In this document: in pieces, positions 1-13,630 of the stretch
Layout: the number at the start of each line of letters is the position of its first letter
Position numbering within the stretch: position 1 is the stretch's first letter
Origin: the human T2T-CHM13v2.0 reference genome, Homo sapiens
Assembly (NCBI RefSeq): GCF_009914755.1
Contig: NC_060940.1
DNA length: 64,000 bases
Reading direction: 5' to 3' (one strand)
The notes under the pieces: model-generated
Databases searched by the model: none
The model's input: the letters and a program-made list of their open reading frames with translations, nothing else
What the model was told of the DNA's origin: nothing
Program-made: the position numbers and the translations under genes

Positions 1-49
1 TTGAGATTCCCAGAAATGGACTCCTACTATGAGTGAAGTCGCATGTTGA

Positions 50-589
50 TGTTACCTATCTGGGGTGATCCAGAGTGTTCTTGGTTGTCTTCTTCAAAGA
101 AAGAATTCACTCAAAAGACCAATTAGTAAAGCAGGCAAAAGTTTTATTGGGGAAGTAAAAGTACACTCCAACAGAGGAGTGGGCTGACCCTGCTGGAAAC
201 AGCCCCGGGACATTCTGCATTCGATATTCTATGGTCTTGCTTCTTTCCTTGTCCAGTTCTCACCAAGGCTTGGGGGGATCATCCCTTACTGTGGTTCATG
301 TACATGCACTGGACGCAGTGATCAATACAAATTCCACCCGATGGGGACGTTGCTCATTACTGCCACCCGGGAAGGTCATATAGCCATCAAATTTGTACTC
401 ATTGCACCTGTGTGGCTCTCAAGAATTCTGCTTTTGCCTTTTTTCTCCCTTATCAGGATCTAGTTAGCCACATTTTGAGTTTGACCATAAAGTGAGTACT
501 GGGCATCTTAAGAGGTGGTCTGGGCTGTTCCTTCCAACATGGGTACCTCCCCTCCTGCCTGCTAATATCTGACTAACTGCCCCCTTTCA
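50..589 (-). repeat. 3' LTR of the ERV
   Basis: Aligns by eye along its length with 5069-5636 (e.g. ttgctcattactgccaccc, atatctgactaactg). Minus-strand AATAAA at 143-148. Confidence 0.9.
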
Positions 590-779
590 CGTTTATTCCT
601 TAAGGAGTTGGGACCCAGAAATCTTTTGGGAAATAGGGTGGAGGTCATTCTTCTGTAGCTACTTCCTGCTGAAAAGGGGCGTCGAGGGTCTTCTGGTCCC
701 TCCTCCTTGCTTGCTGTCATGGCAAGAGGGTTTCAGAGGTTGTTGTTGTCTCTCAAAAGGTTTGACCCACAGTGTCCAG

Positions 780-2520
780 AGGAGACATACAGAAACTTGG
801 TTGTCCTCAAGGGCAGGAAAGAGGTTGATATCCTTGTCACAAGACCATTTGAAGTCTGACGGCGTCTAGATGGGATAAAATAAACTTACTTAGTAGATTC
901 AAGAAGCAAGACCCAGAAAAGAGAAGAAGGAAGATAGAGGTCAGGGGTCCCAGGAAGGGGAGGAGCCATGAGAATCAGAACCAGGTGACACCCCAGTAGC
1001 CCCTTCCCAAAGGTGAGAAGCCTAGTTTATGAGATCTCAAATGTGCTCCTGAGCCTGCCCTGATCTCTTAACCCAAATCAGCACTCTTCTCCAAGCACAG
1101 CCAAGTTCCTCCCTGAGCTGCAGCCAGCATGTCAAGACCTCTACCATGTTTGAGAACTATAGCTGCGAGAGAACTGACTTGCCACTGTAACTCTGTTACA
1201 GCAACTAGTCGTTTCTATCCCTTGGGCCAATTCCAGAGACAGGCTGTGGTAGGTTCAGGAGTAAGTGCCAATGCTGGCTATTCCCATCATGGCACCTGTG
1301 GTGATGCCAAGCCCAACGAGAAAGGGAATTAATTGAATTGCTTGGTGGGCCCCAGTGTGAGGTTATAAATAAGAGCAAGGGCAGAGAAGCATCACCTGGG
1401 GCAATGAGATGCTAGGGGTGAGGTAAGCCAGCATGCGTGTTCTGGTCCAGTTTGCAGAGAGGCAGAGGTGGGCCTGTGTCCCACATAGAAAACAAAGTTC
1501 TGTCATACGTAGACAAGAATGGATACGGAAGGAGGCAAGGTCAATTCCAAACATTACCATTGTTGGCTACGCAAGATGTGATATTCTGTCACTAAAGTTG
1601 CAGCTGCTAGGGGAGCCAGACATGAGTGAGTAGTTTGAATAGGAGGATGGTTCTTATTTTCCCAGAAGAGCATGTGTCTAGTAATGTCAAGGAAAAGAGC
1701 CTCCAAAGGGAGTTAAAGATTTGAAATTTTTGCATGACCACTACTGGCTTGGTAAGGTAGAGAACCTTACTTGGTATTGGGAGATTTCAGTTTCTAGAAA
1801 AAAAGAAGTATGAGAGGTATTGACAATGGTGATGGTTGTGTTGCAGTGCGCAGGGTTGAGAGAACCCACCAAAGTTCCAGAATCTGTGGCAGTAGTGATG
1901 CCTAGGAGTACCTGACTGATGGTGAAGGGGGAAAACAAGGGGCCTAAAATAGTGCAAGTGGGCTTAAGAAAAGCCTGAAAGTCCCCTTTGCTTGTGTTAG
2001 GTACTGTATGCATCTCTGGGAAGGTTTTGTATAGAGAAGCCTCAGTGATAGGTGAAGCTAAACTGGGCTTGAGAAGTTTTCTATTCTTGTATCGTGGCTG
2101 GGTAGGCTGTTCCTGCCCTGGATAGAAATAATTCATGCTTAGCCCATAGGTTGAGGGATAGGAAGATTTGGTGAACTTCGGTAGTTGTTGAGCTTCTTGT
2201 AGATTTTTTTTTATATATAGTTGTGGGCTGTTGGGGCCTATGAGGGTGATTTTAGCTAGAAGCATTAGTGAGCATAGAGCATTTGGCTGCATGGTCCCAA
2301 CAAGAACAGATTAGAGCCAAATCAAGATGTCTGTTGATTATGGAAAAAGAACTTGTTAACTCAGTGAGTATTAGAGAGAACACCACCCAGATTATTGCTT
2401 TGAGATTTAAATCCAGGTAGGGAAGAACAGACCTTTTCCTGGCAGTGGGTGGGGGGTGGTATTGGTTCACAGTAGCAAAGACATATTAGTAAACCTGCAA
2501 GGAGTATTACGATTCATGGT
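780..2520 (-). pseudogene. env: ERV env remnant (SU and TM), disrupted
   Basis: Fusion peptide AIQLIPFLVGLGIT (~1300-1342), ISD-like SLAAIVLKHGRGLDMLAAAQGG (~1110-1175), membrane anchor FLGPLTSIFLLLF (~915-957). Stops and frameshifts present. Confidence 0.85.
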
Positions 2521-2544
2521 ATAACAATCCAAAGCATTACTAAT

Positions 2545-3700
2545 TTACTTATCTTTATTCTTTTGGCTTTGCTTGAAGAGGAGTTTGAGACCCTGGAGGG
2601 GCTCAGTGGTCCAGGTGTCCAGTGGGACCTTTACGACTTCCTCTGCCAGAGATGAGTCATACAGCTTTACCTTGGAATAGTGGACCCACCTGGTGATCCC
2701 TGGCACCATAACTGCTGTAGGAGCGGAGAGCAAATCAGTATAAGGACCTCTCCAAATAAAACTCAGTTGAGAGTTTGGAGTTCCATACTTCCAAGTCTTG
2801 ATGAGAACTTGAGTTCTCATCAACTTGGAGGGTATAAAATTTGGTCAGAGTTTTCACGATGTGAAAATATCTTTTGGCCTAGTTTTTGAGCCCCCTGCTG
2901 AGACTGGGATAGGAAAGTAACATAATTAGTGAGTTGGTAAGTTTCAGTATCCAACAGGAAAGCAAAGAAAGGATCTTCCACATAATAACTCGGAAGAACT
3001 GAGTTGTAAGTTAGAGGTGGGTATGTTTCTCAGCCTTAGTAGAGCAATACGTAGTAGCTCTGGTCATGGCTTTGAGGTTTCCTGGCATAATTTTTCCAAG
3101 GTTTGCTTGAGAGTTTGGTTAATTCTATCAACCATTCCAGAGTGTTGTGGATGCCAAGAGGAATGTAGAAAGTAACTGATTCCCAAGTCCCGAGAAACAA
3201 GTTGAGTAAACTGTGAGGTGAAGGATGTACTGTTATAACTTTGCAGCGACCTGGGAATGCCAAACCGGGGGATGACCTCCATGAGGAGGGCCTTTACTAC
3301 CCCCACTGCTTTTTCCATTCACACAGGTAAGCTTCTATCTAACCTGGAAAGGTGTCTACAAAGATCAGAAGATATTTTATACAGGCAGGAAGTTGGTTTG
3401 AGTCAAACTGCCAGTCCTCCCCAGCATAAGTACTCCTCCATTGGACTGGCTGGAAAAGAAAAGGTTTGGCTCCTTGTGGGATGTTTAATGTGCAAAGGGC
3501 ACAGGCCCTGCAAACTTGTTCAAGAGTCTTGGAAAGAGTTTTATTCCCCAAAAGAGCCATTTGCACATTATTGAAAGCTTTTTGTTGCCAAAGTGGCAGG
3601 AGTCATGCAAAACATAGCTAACTTTCCATTGAACATTTTAAGGCAGATGTAGGACCTCTCTCAGTTGATACCAGCCTCCAGGGCCTCGTGTCCCAGTGCC
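2545..3700 (-). pseudogene. pol: ERV pol integrase remnant, frameshifted
   Basis: CRACALC zinc finger, GEDWQFD/YLLIFVDTF, PRFGIPRSLQS, HSSWHPQHSGMVDRINQTLK and WRGPY motifs spread over several frames. Confidence 0.9.
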
Positions 3701-3719
3701 CATTCCTATTCCTCTGGTG

Positions 3720-4170
3720 AGTACAAGGGGCTGGTGGCTTTGGATCCTCAGTGGGAGGATGAATTAAAGGAGGCTGAGGATGCTCTGCTGGGAAATTTCC
3801 TAAGCCATTTATAGGAGAATTATCCACTGAGGGGCTCACAAGAGCCAAAATAGCAGGGTCTAGTTTGCATTTTTGGCAGAGATTCTGATCTTCTTTTAAA
3901 GCCATAAAGGCCTGGACATAGGGTACCTCTGACCATTTACCCTGTGACCTGCAAAGTAGGTCCAACTGCAAGATGGTATTAAAATTAAGGCTACCATTTT
4001 CTGGCCAGCCTTCCTACAGTCACATAGCTTTGTATTGAGGCCATGCAGAGTTACAAAAGAAAACTACTATCTTTTTTCTTTAATGTCTGGGGATCAATCT
4101 TGTCCTAACTTTTGAGAATGCAACCAAGGAGTGAGTCCTACAGCGTGGAATGTTGAATGTCCGTCTGAAA
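3720..4170 (-). pseudogene. gag: ERV gag (matrix and proline-rich region) remnant
   Basis: ORF 3618-3971 reads QLDLLCRSQGKWSEVPYVQAFMAL, a typical class I ERV matrix motif, followed by a Pro-rich stretch. Confidence 0.85.
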
Positions 4171-5045
4171 AACAGAGAGAAGTAAAGGCCAGGGGAGAGT
4201 GAGCATCCTCGCTCTCTGTCCATTCTCATCCATTATGAAACGGGAAGAGCATCCTCTCCATCTCTTTCCCACACTAGGCCATGCAACCCTAGCCTGTGAG
4301 GAGATTCACACTTCATGCACCCTTACTGCATGCTCCCAACCGAGCAGTGACCTCTTTCTCTCATTTGATCTGTTGACCCCCCAGGTCCATAGGTCTCACC
4401 TCTAATTATAGATGACTGTGCCTAATTATAATTTCATAGCTTTTTGTGATAACCCTCTGCATACAGGCAAAGCATGTCAAGGCCAGTGCGGAGGGCCAGA
4501 GACAAGAGGGAAGTTGATTGGTAAATCCCGGAGAATTCAGTGGTAAGAACATGGAAAGAATATTGGGTACTAGCCACATCCAGGAGACCCCTAGACCGAG
4601 ACCACAGCACCCAAAATTTACCTAAATTCCTTCTGGAGGTGGAATTAGTTCAGAGGAGACAGTGACAGAGCATTCAAAAAGTCACTCTATTGGAGCTTAT
4701 CTGGGAAGAGAGAGGACAAAGTAGGTGGCATTGGCTAGCAAGAGAGATGCTGCGATGGCATAGGCAGCAGGACCAACTGTGAGGAAAGACAGGGTGGTGA
4801 GTCCCCGAAAGTCAGTTTTGAGAATGTGGAAGGGATCAGAAGCCTTAGGGTCTCTGTCAAGAAGAAAGCATTCTGTGCCTGGAGGGGCTCTGTTGGGCAT
4901 TAGGTGGACATGCTCCAGCTTAGCACACAAAGCAGAGATGCCAGGGAGCTTGATCGGCATGCTCAGCATTCTCATAGTCTATGCTGGATAGGAGCAGACA
5001 TGTGAGAGGAGACAGCAGGGAGCATAGCCCTTACCTCACAACAGG

Positions 5046-5063
5046 ATGCGAGTCACAACACCG
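5046..5063 (-). promoter_or_regulatory. Primer-binding site, tRNA-His-like
   Basis: CGGTGTTGTGACTCGCAT matches the His PBS TGGTGCCGTGACTCGGAT at 14/18 and lies 5 nt after the 5' LTR. Confidence 0.75.
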
Positions 5064-5068
5064 AGAGA

Positions 5069-5636
5069 TGTTGTCAAGCCTGGAGTTCCAGAAAGTGTCC
5101 TCCATTCTTGTCTTCCTGCAAGAAAGAATTCAGCCAAAAGATCAGTTAGTAAATCTAGCAAAAAATGTATTGCAGAAGTGACAGTACGCTTTAAGAGAAG
5201 AGTGGGCCAACTTGGCTGGAAGCAGCTCCAATACATTCTGCATTTGATCTTTTTCCTCACTTTCTTCTTTGGGTTCCTGCCTGTGTTCTTGCCCAGTTCA
5301 CACCCAGGCTTGGGGGACCCTCCCTTACTCTTGGTTAATGCACATGTGCAGAACCCAGTGATCAAGACAAATTCTACCCAATGGTGGTGTTGCTCATTAC
5401 TGCCACCCAGGAAAGTTGTATAGCCATCACATTTGTACTCACTGTTTCCATGCAGCTCTTAAGAATTCCCCTTTTGCCTTTCCCCTTCTTTATCTGAATG
5501 TAGTTAACACATTCTGACAGTTCAACCATAGAATGAGTGATCACTGAGCACCTTAAGAGTCGTTTTGGGGCGTTTCTTCCCACATAGCTACCTTTGCTCC
5601 TGCCTGCTCATATCTGACTAACTGTCTACCCTAACA
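5069..5636 (-). repeat. 5' LTR of the ERV (MER50/MER66-like group, tentative)
   Basis: Minus strand begins TGTTAGGGTAGACAGTTAGTCAGATATGAGCAGG and ends in CA just before the PBS. Family name from recall only. Confidence 0.85.
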
Positions 5637-6551
5637 GTTGGATTGCAAGGTTCTTGTTCAATTGAACCTTGAAACATTGAAAGGGTCATGTCCCAGGGAG
5701 ATGGGAACCCTGTGCAGTTTTACATGCAATTCTGAGTAGGAAGAACAGAATGGATTCTGTTTGGTCACATTTGCTATTTAACTACTTTTGATATCATTGC
5801 CATCTTAGCCATAAATCATTCAAGTGATGGTAAGATAGACATAAGTGAACTTCACTTTACGAATTCAAATATTGCTTTAAGTATTTAAAAATTGCTGTAC
5901 GATTGCACAGCAACGGGCACATTTTACAACAATTGATATTAAAATGCTAAAAGTACAATAGCAATTAAGGATGTATTCATGTAAGAAAATCACAAAACTT
6001 TAAACTGAAAAACAGAAGAAATCTTTTTCAGTGTTACAGGTTCATAGAATTCATAAAAAGTATTTATCCTGGATTCCTTTACATAATAATCATCCATATG
6101 TGGTTAGGTGTTTGAATATCAATCATTTACATCTGACTAGAAGTGGGAAATTTGAGATGCTACAGGAAAACTTTAAAAACATTATGAACCCAAGCCAAAC
6201 TAAAATCAATTAGAAAGTAAGCCAAAGCATCTCAAAGTATACTTTTAGTTGTTAGGCAATACCATTCAATTTCCAAAATCTAATTTAAATGCAATTTTTA
6301 CAGAAATTTAAAATGTGCCAGTTTAGTTACATTTATTGAACAAAGTTAACAAATGAATATCTCTTGACAACGAGAGCTCCAAGGACTTAAAAAAAAGCTG
6401 TAAAGTTTGTTTCCTTTCCTTAAAAACACAGATAATTATGACCTTTATTTAAAATACATAAGTCAACCAGACAACTGAATATTTTGCCAAAAAAATACAA
6501 GAATTATATCAGAAGTCTGAGAAGGAAAGAAAAAATGATGCTACACCTAAC

Positions 6552-6780
6552 CTTTGACAAGTCGCTCTCCATTCTGATATTTGAAGACAATGAGTTTAAG
6601 GTAGGAATTCTTAAGGCTTCTCTTGGAATATGTATTCTGCTGAGACCTAAATTTTCATTAAGATTTCCATTGCATGCTGACTCTAGGACTGGCCTTGTAG
6701 TATGAGAAGTAAATAAAGATCTGCTCCACTCTTTTTCTTGAAGAAGTTTGGTACTGACATCTGCTAGAATTTCTTTACGC
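6552..6780 (-). pseudogene. ANKRD26-like exon, 229 bp (ILADVSTKLLQEK...TTRPVLE...MESDLSK)
   Basis: cttcatag|G...AAG|gttagg; open; phase 2 to 0. Confidence 0.9.
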
Positions 6781-7118
6781 CTATGAAGATTGCAAAACAC
6801 AGATACTGAGTATTTTGGGGTTTTTTTTACAAATTATGTCTAAATGACTTGCATTGTTTAAAAAGTCACCATGAGTCAATGAAAGATACCACAAACCATG
6901 TTTTAACTCTGAAAATGTATGAGAGCACGTGTATCGTACACAGTTTTAATTTTAAAATTGTTCTAAAGAAGTACATGTACTCCTAGAGGATTTTTAACAA
7001 GTAATTCAAACAAAGTAGGGAGGGAAGAGCAAAAGCTATCAATGATGTACGGATTAACAGGTGACATTTGTTGTCTTCTGAAATGGCTCTATTTATAAGA
7101 TTCTTAAGGATGCCATTA

Positions 7119-7426
<308 letters not shown>

Positions 7427-7443
7427 ATAAATACTTTTGTTTA

Positions 7444-7628
7444 AAGGGGAACTACATGAAATGATAAACATGTTAATTTGCTGGACTAGAATCACCATTT
7501 GACTATGTATAAATATATTAAAACATCATGTGTTACTCCTTAAATATATAGGAGTACCAAAATATATCCAAAAATATAAATCCAAAAATATTTTACTCCG
7601 GTGAAATAACTAAAAGTAAAATAAAGCT
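7444..7628 (+). mobile_element. Old L1 (L1MA-like) 3'-end fragment
   Basis: atgttaatttgctggac...aaaacatcatg resembles L1MA 3' termini; A-rich end. Confidence 0.55.
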
Positions 7629-8323
7629 AGAAATACTTGTATTCAGTAAGCCAGTTACAGAAAAAAACTATCCCTCAAAGACACTTTCAAGCATTTCTTC
7701 TTACCACCCTTGTACATTTCACCCATTATTTGAGAAGCATTTGGCACTGGGGAATCATTCAGAACAACAATTCCCTGGGGAGAAGGAGATAGCCGAGATC
7801 AAAGAGAACTCAGTCATCTCCAAAGGTGATTTACTCCTAAAATTGTGACCCAGGCATCAGAAGTGGGGCCTGCCCTTTTGGACTTCCACCCACCACCTCA
7901 GGCTGACCAAGGTGGTGTTTTTCACCACTTTGTGAATTATATTTCCTTTCAACCCTGTGTTAATTATTCTCTAATTCACAAGTATGCCCTTATGTGGCGT
8001 GGAAAAACTATACAAAATACTTTGTTCCAAGGTGGCCTCTAATGATAATACCAAAGATCGCAATCAATGACAGTTAATTTACTGAGTGCCAGAATGTGCA
8101 GAGGAGTAGAAGTACCTGACCCTTTTTCAGTTTAAGTTGTAATCTTATAAAAAATAATTAAATTCATTAATATTTCTTGTAGGGGAATGTTGACAAGCAA
8201 TTGTGTAACAATATCACTGTCTAAATTATGAAGCTTCAAAGATACTTGGCTGAAAGACTAACAGATCAGGTTAACTAAATAAGAATATTAAGGGGATAAA
8301 GAGCCATATAAAACCAAAAAACA

Positions 8324-8942
<619 letters not shown>

Positions 8943-9114
8943 TGGATTAACATTTTAAAGGTAAGCTCATTTACTAACATCATTTTCCAAAATTGTTTAA
9001 TCTAGTTAGCTTTCGCTTCCCCCTAATCTCATAAACCTGTCTCACTAAAAATTATGCTTTTGAGGCAAATTAATGAGCTTCATTTCTTTTCTGTGATTCT
9101 GTGTTTTGACTTAC

Positions 9115-9329
9115 TTGTTTAGTTCATCTGACAAAGATTCTCTAAGTTTTAATTCTTCTAGATACAGCTCCTTATATTTTTCCAATTCTGTTGTATTACA
9201 GTCCGCTTGTGAAGTTCTTGCTTTGTAGAGTTTGAATTCCAGATCTTTAATTCTAAGTTCCATCTGACTTTTCATAGTAGCATTGCTTTCCTCTTTTAAC
9301 TGTAACTGGTCATGAGCTATTTTCTGTGA
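9115..9329 (-). pseudogene. ANKRD26-like exon, 215 bp (MKSQMELRIKDLE...TELEKYKELYLEELK)
   Basis: gttttag|TCA...AA|gtaagt; open; phase 0 to 2. Confidence 0.9.
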
Positions 9330-9917
9330 CTAAAACAAATTGAAAGGGTACATTAAACAAATAATTATAACCTGAATAATTATTGTGTATTTGTTTCTTT
9401 TTGTTTTGGGTCGGTGATCTAGAGAGCATTTCTAAGTATGTGAAAAAAGCAACTGAAGTTTAATATATTTATTATGAGTATCAACTAAATTAATAATTTA
9501 ATCTGAATTGTAAAAAAATGAAATCATGCTTATGGTAGTACTCATGAAATGTAACACCCCAAAGAATAATAAAATCAATTTAAATTCTGAAAAATTGAGC
9601 AATATAACTTAAGAATACTTCAAGAGTATAGTATAATTTATAAATCACATTTTTCTTCCTCTGTTAGTCTTGTTTTATGCCACTTGTCTTAGCAATCAAA
9701 TGATTCACTAATGAGAATCATTATTATGGAAGATCAATTTAGTTACAATAATGACGGCAAGTGAAATATTTAAAGAGAGAAACAGATACCACCTTCCTTC
9801 TAGAAATCTACCAAACAAATTGCTACAAGAGAAGTAGAGGAAACACATACAATGTATGTATCCCAAATATAATTTGCACTGAAATGAATGAAGGCACCTT
9901 ATTGATAATAAACTAAC

Positions 9918-10205
9918 CTGTAAAAGTAGACCAATGTTTTCTAATTGTTCTGCTATCTCCTGCCTTGCTCTTTCTTCTACCTCCTGTTTATAGTGTTCCA
10001 ATTGACCACATTCTAACATATTCATTTCCATGTGACTTTTGAGGTTTACTAGTTCTTCTTCCAACTTCTCCTGATCCTTCTGTAGTGTTTCACGTTTCTC
10101 TTGCATTGTTTTCATATATAATAATGCCTGTTGAAGAACTTCAATCTCTGCATTCACATGTAGACCTTCTGAAGATGCAGTTTCCACTGCTTCTGTAAGA
10201 TCAGC
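9918..10205 (-). pseudogene. ANKRD26-like exon, 288 bp (ADLTEAVET...YKQEVEERARQEIAEQLENIGLLLQ)
   Basis: catgcag|GCT...CAG|gttagt; 96 open codons; phase 0 to 0. Confidence 0.9.
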
Positions 10206-10510
10206 CTGCATGAGTAAAATAATATGGTTTGGTAATGAAGAAAGAAGACAGAATAGTCTAATATAAAACTAATCATTTTTGAAATAAATTCAGTTGCAAT
10301 AAAATGTTATCTATACTGCAGTAGATTCTTAAAACATGAATCCTTGAATTACCTAGAAAATCAAAAACAAATTTAAAACCACCAGGAATCACAAAAATAT
10401 ATGTTTTACACACATCATCTTTGCCACACAACATTTTTACGTGATAGTAGGCTTTCATTTTCCTGATTGTTTAATGTATTTCCTCTTTAAAATTGCTCCA
10501 AGTCACTTCT

Positions 10511-10834
10511 CTTTTTTTTTTTTTTTTGGTTTGTTTTTTTTTTTTTTTTTTTGAGGTGGAGTCTCACTGTTGTTGCCCAGGCTGGAGGGCAGTGGCATGG
10601 CCTCGGCTCACTGCAACCTCCGCCTCCTGGGTTCAAGTGATTCTCCTGCCTCAGCCTCCTGAGTAGCTGGGATTACAGGCACCTGACACCATGCCCAGCT
10701 AATTTCTTGTATTTTTAACAGAGACGGGATTTCACCATGTTGGCCAGGCTGGTCTCGAACTCCTGACCTTGTGATCCACCCACCTCGGCCTCCCAAAGTG
10801 TTGGGATTACAGGCGTGTGCCACCACACTCAGTC
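10511..10834 (-). mobile_element. Alu (AluSg-like)
   Basis: Full dimer; TSD aagtcacttct (10500-10510 / 10836-10846). Confidence 0.93.
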
Positions 10835-10989
10835 TAAGTCACTTCTTAGTACAAAGTCTCTTGCCCCCTCATACCCTTTGTCATTCCCCATAATTTCTAA
10901 AAAAGTTTTAGGGACACCATATTAAATTATCCAGACCTAAGCCAATAAATCACTCTGAGAAGGAGACTTGAATATAAGACTCTAATTAA

Positions 10990-11700
10990 CGAATCTTTAT
11001 GATAAAAACTCCAACAAATTAGGCATAGAAGGAACATATTTCAACACAATAAAGGCCATATATGGCAAAACCACAGCTAACATTACACTGAAAGAGGAAA
11101 AGCTGAAAGTCTTTCCTCTAAGAACTGGCATAAGACAAGGATACCCACATTCAGCACTCATATTCAACACAGTATTAGAAGTCCTAGCCAGAGCAACTGG
11201 GTGAAAAAAAAATGAAGGGCATCTAAATTGGGAAAGAACAATCGAAATTTCTCTTTGTACATGACCTGATCCTATACATAAAAAACCTAGACTCCTCAAA
11301 CAAACTCTTAGAACATTTCATCAAATGGCTACAGAATACACATTCTTCACATTGGTACATAGAACATTCCCCAGGATAGACCATATATTAGGCCAGAAAA
11401 CAAGTCTTAGCAAATTTTAAAAACTTAAAATCATATCAAGTATCTTCTCAAACATAATGGAATAAAACTAGAAATCAATACCACTTACGAATGCTAAAAA
11501 ATAATAAAATACTACTCAGGAACAAATTTAACCAAGGAAGTGATAGAGCTCCCCTGCAAGAAAACTATGAAACACTGATGAAAGAAATGGTAGAGGACAA
11601 AAACAAATGGAAATATATCCCATGCTCATGAATTTAAATAATTAATATTGTTAAAATACTATCTGAAGGAGTCTACAGGTTAAATATGATCACTATTAAA
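10990..11700 (+). mobile_element. Old L1 ORF2 fragments
   Basis: ctattcaacatagtactagaagtcctagccagagca-like RT-region sequence and other degenerate ORF2 pieces. Confidence 0.8.
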
Positions 11701-11703
11701 ATA

Positions 11704-12085
11704 CATATTAGTCTATTTTCACACTGCTGTAAAGATACTACCCAAGACTGGGTAAAATGTATTTAAAAAGAGGTTTAATTGACTCACAGTTCTGCATAGC
11801 TGGGGAGGCCTCAGGAAACTTACAATCACAGCAGAAGGGGAAGTAGGCACATCTTACATGGTGGCAGGAGAGAGAGGAGAAAGTGAAGGGGGAAGAGCCC
11901 CTTATAAAACCATCAGATCTCGTGAGAACTCACTCACTATCATGAGAACAGCATGGGGGAAACTGTCCCCATGATCCAATCACATCCCTCCCTTGACATG
12001 TGGGGATTACAGGTCTCTTCCTCCACACATGGGGATTATAATTTGAGATGAGATTAGGATTGGGACACAGAGTCAAACCATATCA
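11704..12085 (-). mobile_element. THE1/MST-type MaLR solo LTR
   Basis: Minus strand starts TGATATGGTTTG; 5-bp TSD aaata (11699-11703 / 12086-12090). Confidence 0.9.
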
Positions 12086-13404
12086 AAATATCAATTACAT
12101 TTTTAACTGGGGAACAAGATGACCAACCAGATGCAGCCAGAAATACCTCTTCCACAGAGAGAAAACAAAATATTGAGTAAACCATCACACTTTGAACAGA
12201 TTTTGGGGGAAAAAGAACTCAAAGTCAATAGAGGGGCAATGCAGACACTGAGTTTGAAGAGGAAGGAAACTAGGAAGCCAGATGGAGTCACCAATCACCA
12301 GGACCAGCTCTTGGTCCAGAATTGGACCTACGGAAGGAGAGAGTGAAGGAACTAGGGGTCACACAATCCTGCCAGGGACCTCTGAGATCCTAGGTACAAG
12401 AGATCCCATGATAAACACAGACATTTGAATTGTCAGGGGGAACTGCCAGGAGAGTAGGAAGAGGCAGAGCTTGAACATGCATGGAGCCCAAAAGGTTTCA
12501 TGCATGAGGCAGCTGCAGGAAAATATGAGAATAGGCACCCATCCACCAAGGCTCTCCATCTTTCCGAGTCACTTTAGCCCCTGCTGACAGCCTGACCAGG
12601 AGAGAGCAGGGCTGCCTTTTCCAAGGGCCTGGAGTGCATCTGATTTGCACACCCCCTTGTTTGCCGGTCCCTTCCCCAGCTCCTGCCTAGTTGCTCCCTC
12701 AAGGGTGTACACATAGCACAGCCTCCACTGCCCCCACCTGAGTGTTTTTCTGGCAGCCTGAAAGCAGTTTGCCCACTCCAGTACAGCCAATGCTTGACGC
12801 TGAGGTACCAGAGGATATAGCTACGAGACCCATCCCAACTTCCCAGGGTTTGAGTGCACAGTTAAGGGGTATTAAGCTGGTATCTGTGGCCTGAGCTCAA
12901 GTCGGGGTGGCACCCCCACTCTCAGAACACTGAGAAGAGTGAGGCACAGATTCATGTGCTGGCATGGGAGCTGGGCGTGCCTCCTTCTGCGAGACTGGTC
13001 TGGGAAAAGCATAGCCTGTTGGATGGCCACAGACTCCATCCAAGAGAAACCTATGGCCTGGAACACATATCAGGCCAAAGATTTGGGTTTAGAAGGCTTG
13101 GGACAAAACTAGCTGGTCAGGCCTTACCTAAAAGCACACATCACAGAAAAACTGGTTGGGGAGCATGAGTTGTATGGTCCTCAAAGCCAACTGCTGAGCA
13201 AAAAACTCCAGGCTGTGGGTACCACACCAGCTGCACACCCATGGCACCACCCACCCTGCCCAGGGGACCTTCACCCTTGACCCACAGCATCCACAGACAC
13301 CTGCAGACATACCCCATATCCCATTCAGACTCTTCCAAGCACGGGGAATCAGCAGGTCCCTGGAGATTTGGAGGACTAACCTTTGGCTCAGGCTGCCCCT
13401 AAAG

Positions 13405-13630
13405 CAAGCTTGTCCTGGGCCCATGGGCTGCATGCAGACCAGGAAGACTTTGAACGTGGCCCAACACACATTTGTAAATTTTCTTGAAACATTATGAGTT
13501 TTTTTTGCAATTTTTTTTTTTTTTTTAGCTCATCAGCTCTCGTTAGTGTTAGTGTGTTTTATGTGTGGCCCAAGACAATTCTTCTTCTTCCTATGTGGTC
13601 CTGAGAAGCCATAAGATTGAACATCCCTGG
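13405..13630 (-). mobile_element. MER30 (hAT-Charlie MITE) nested in the L1 5'UTR
   Basis: Matches MER30 (ccacacataaaacacactaacactaacgagagctgatgagct); 8-bp TSD ccctaaag / ccttaaag. Confidence 0.88.

Larger units (their letters stand above)
50..5636 (-). mobile_element. Class I (ERV1, gamma-like) endogenous retrovirus, internally deleted and defective
   Basis: Two homologous TG...CA LTRs (50-589, 5069-5636), near-perfect 5-bp TSD (gttga 45-49 / gttgg 5637-5641), PBS, and gag, integrase and env remnants in minus-strand order. Confidence 0.93.

Noticed and set aside
1741-2292. 183-aa env-region ORF as a co-opted syncytin-like gene
   Set aside because: It is only an SU fragment. The furin site is degenerate and TM is frameshifted.
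5646-5671. Short inverted repeat caaggttc...gaaccttg next to the ERV integration site
   Set aside because: An 8-bp stem is expected by chance and has no supporting context.
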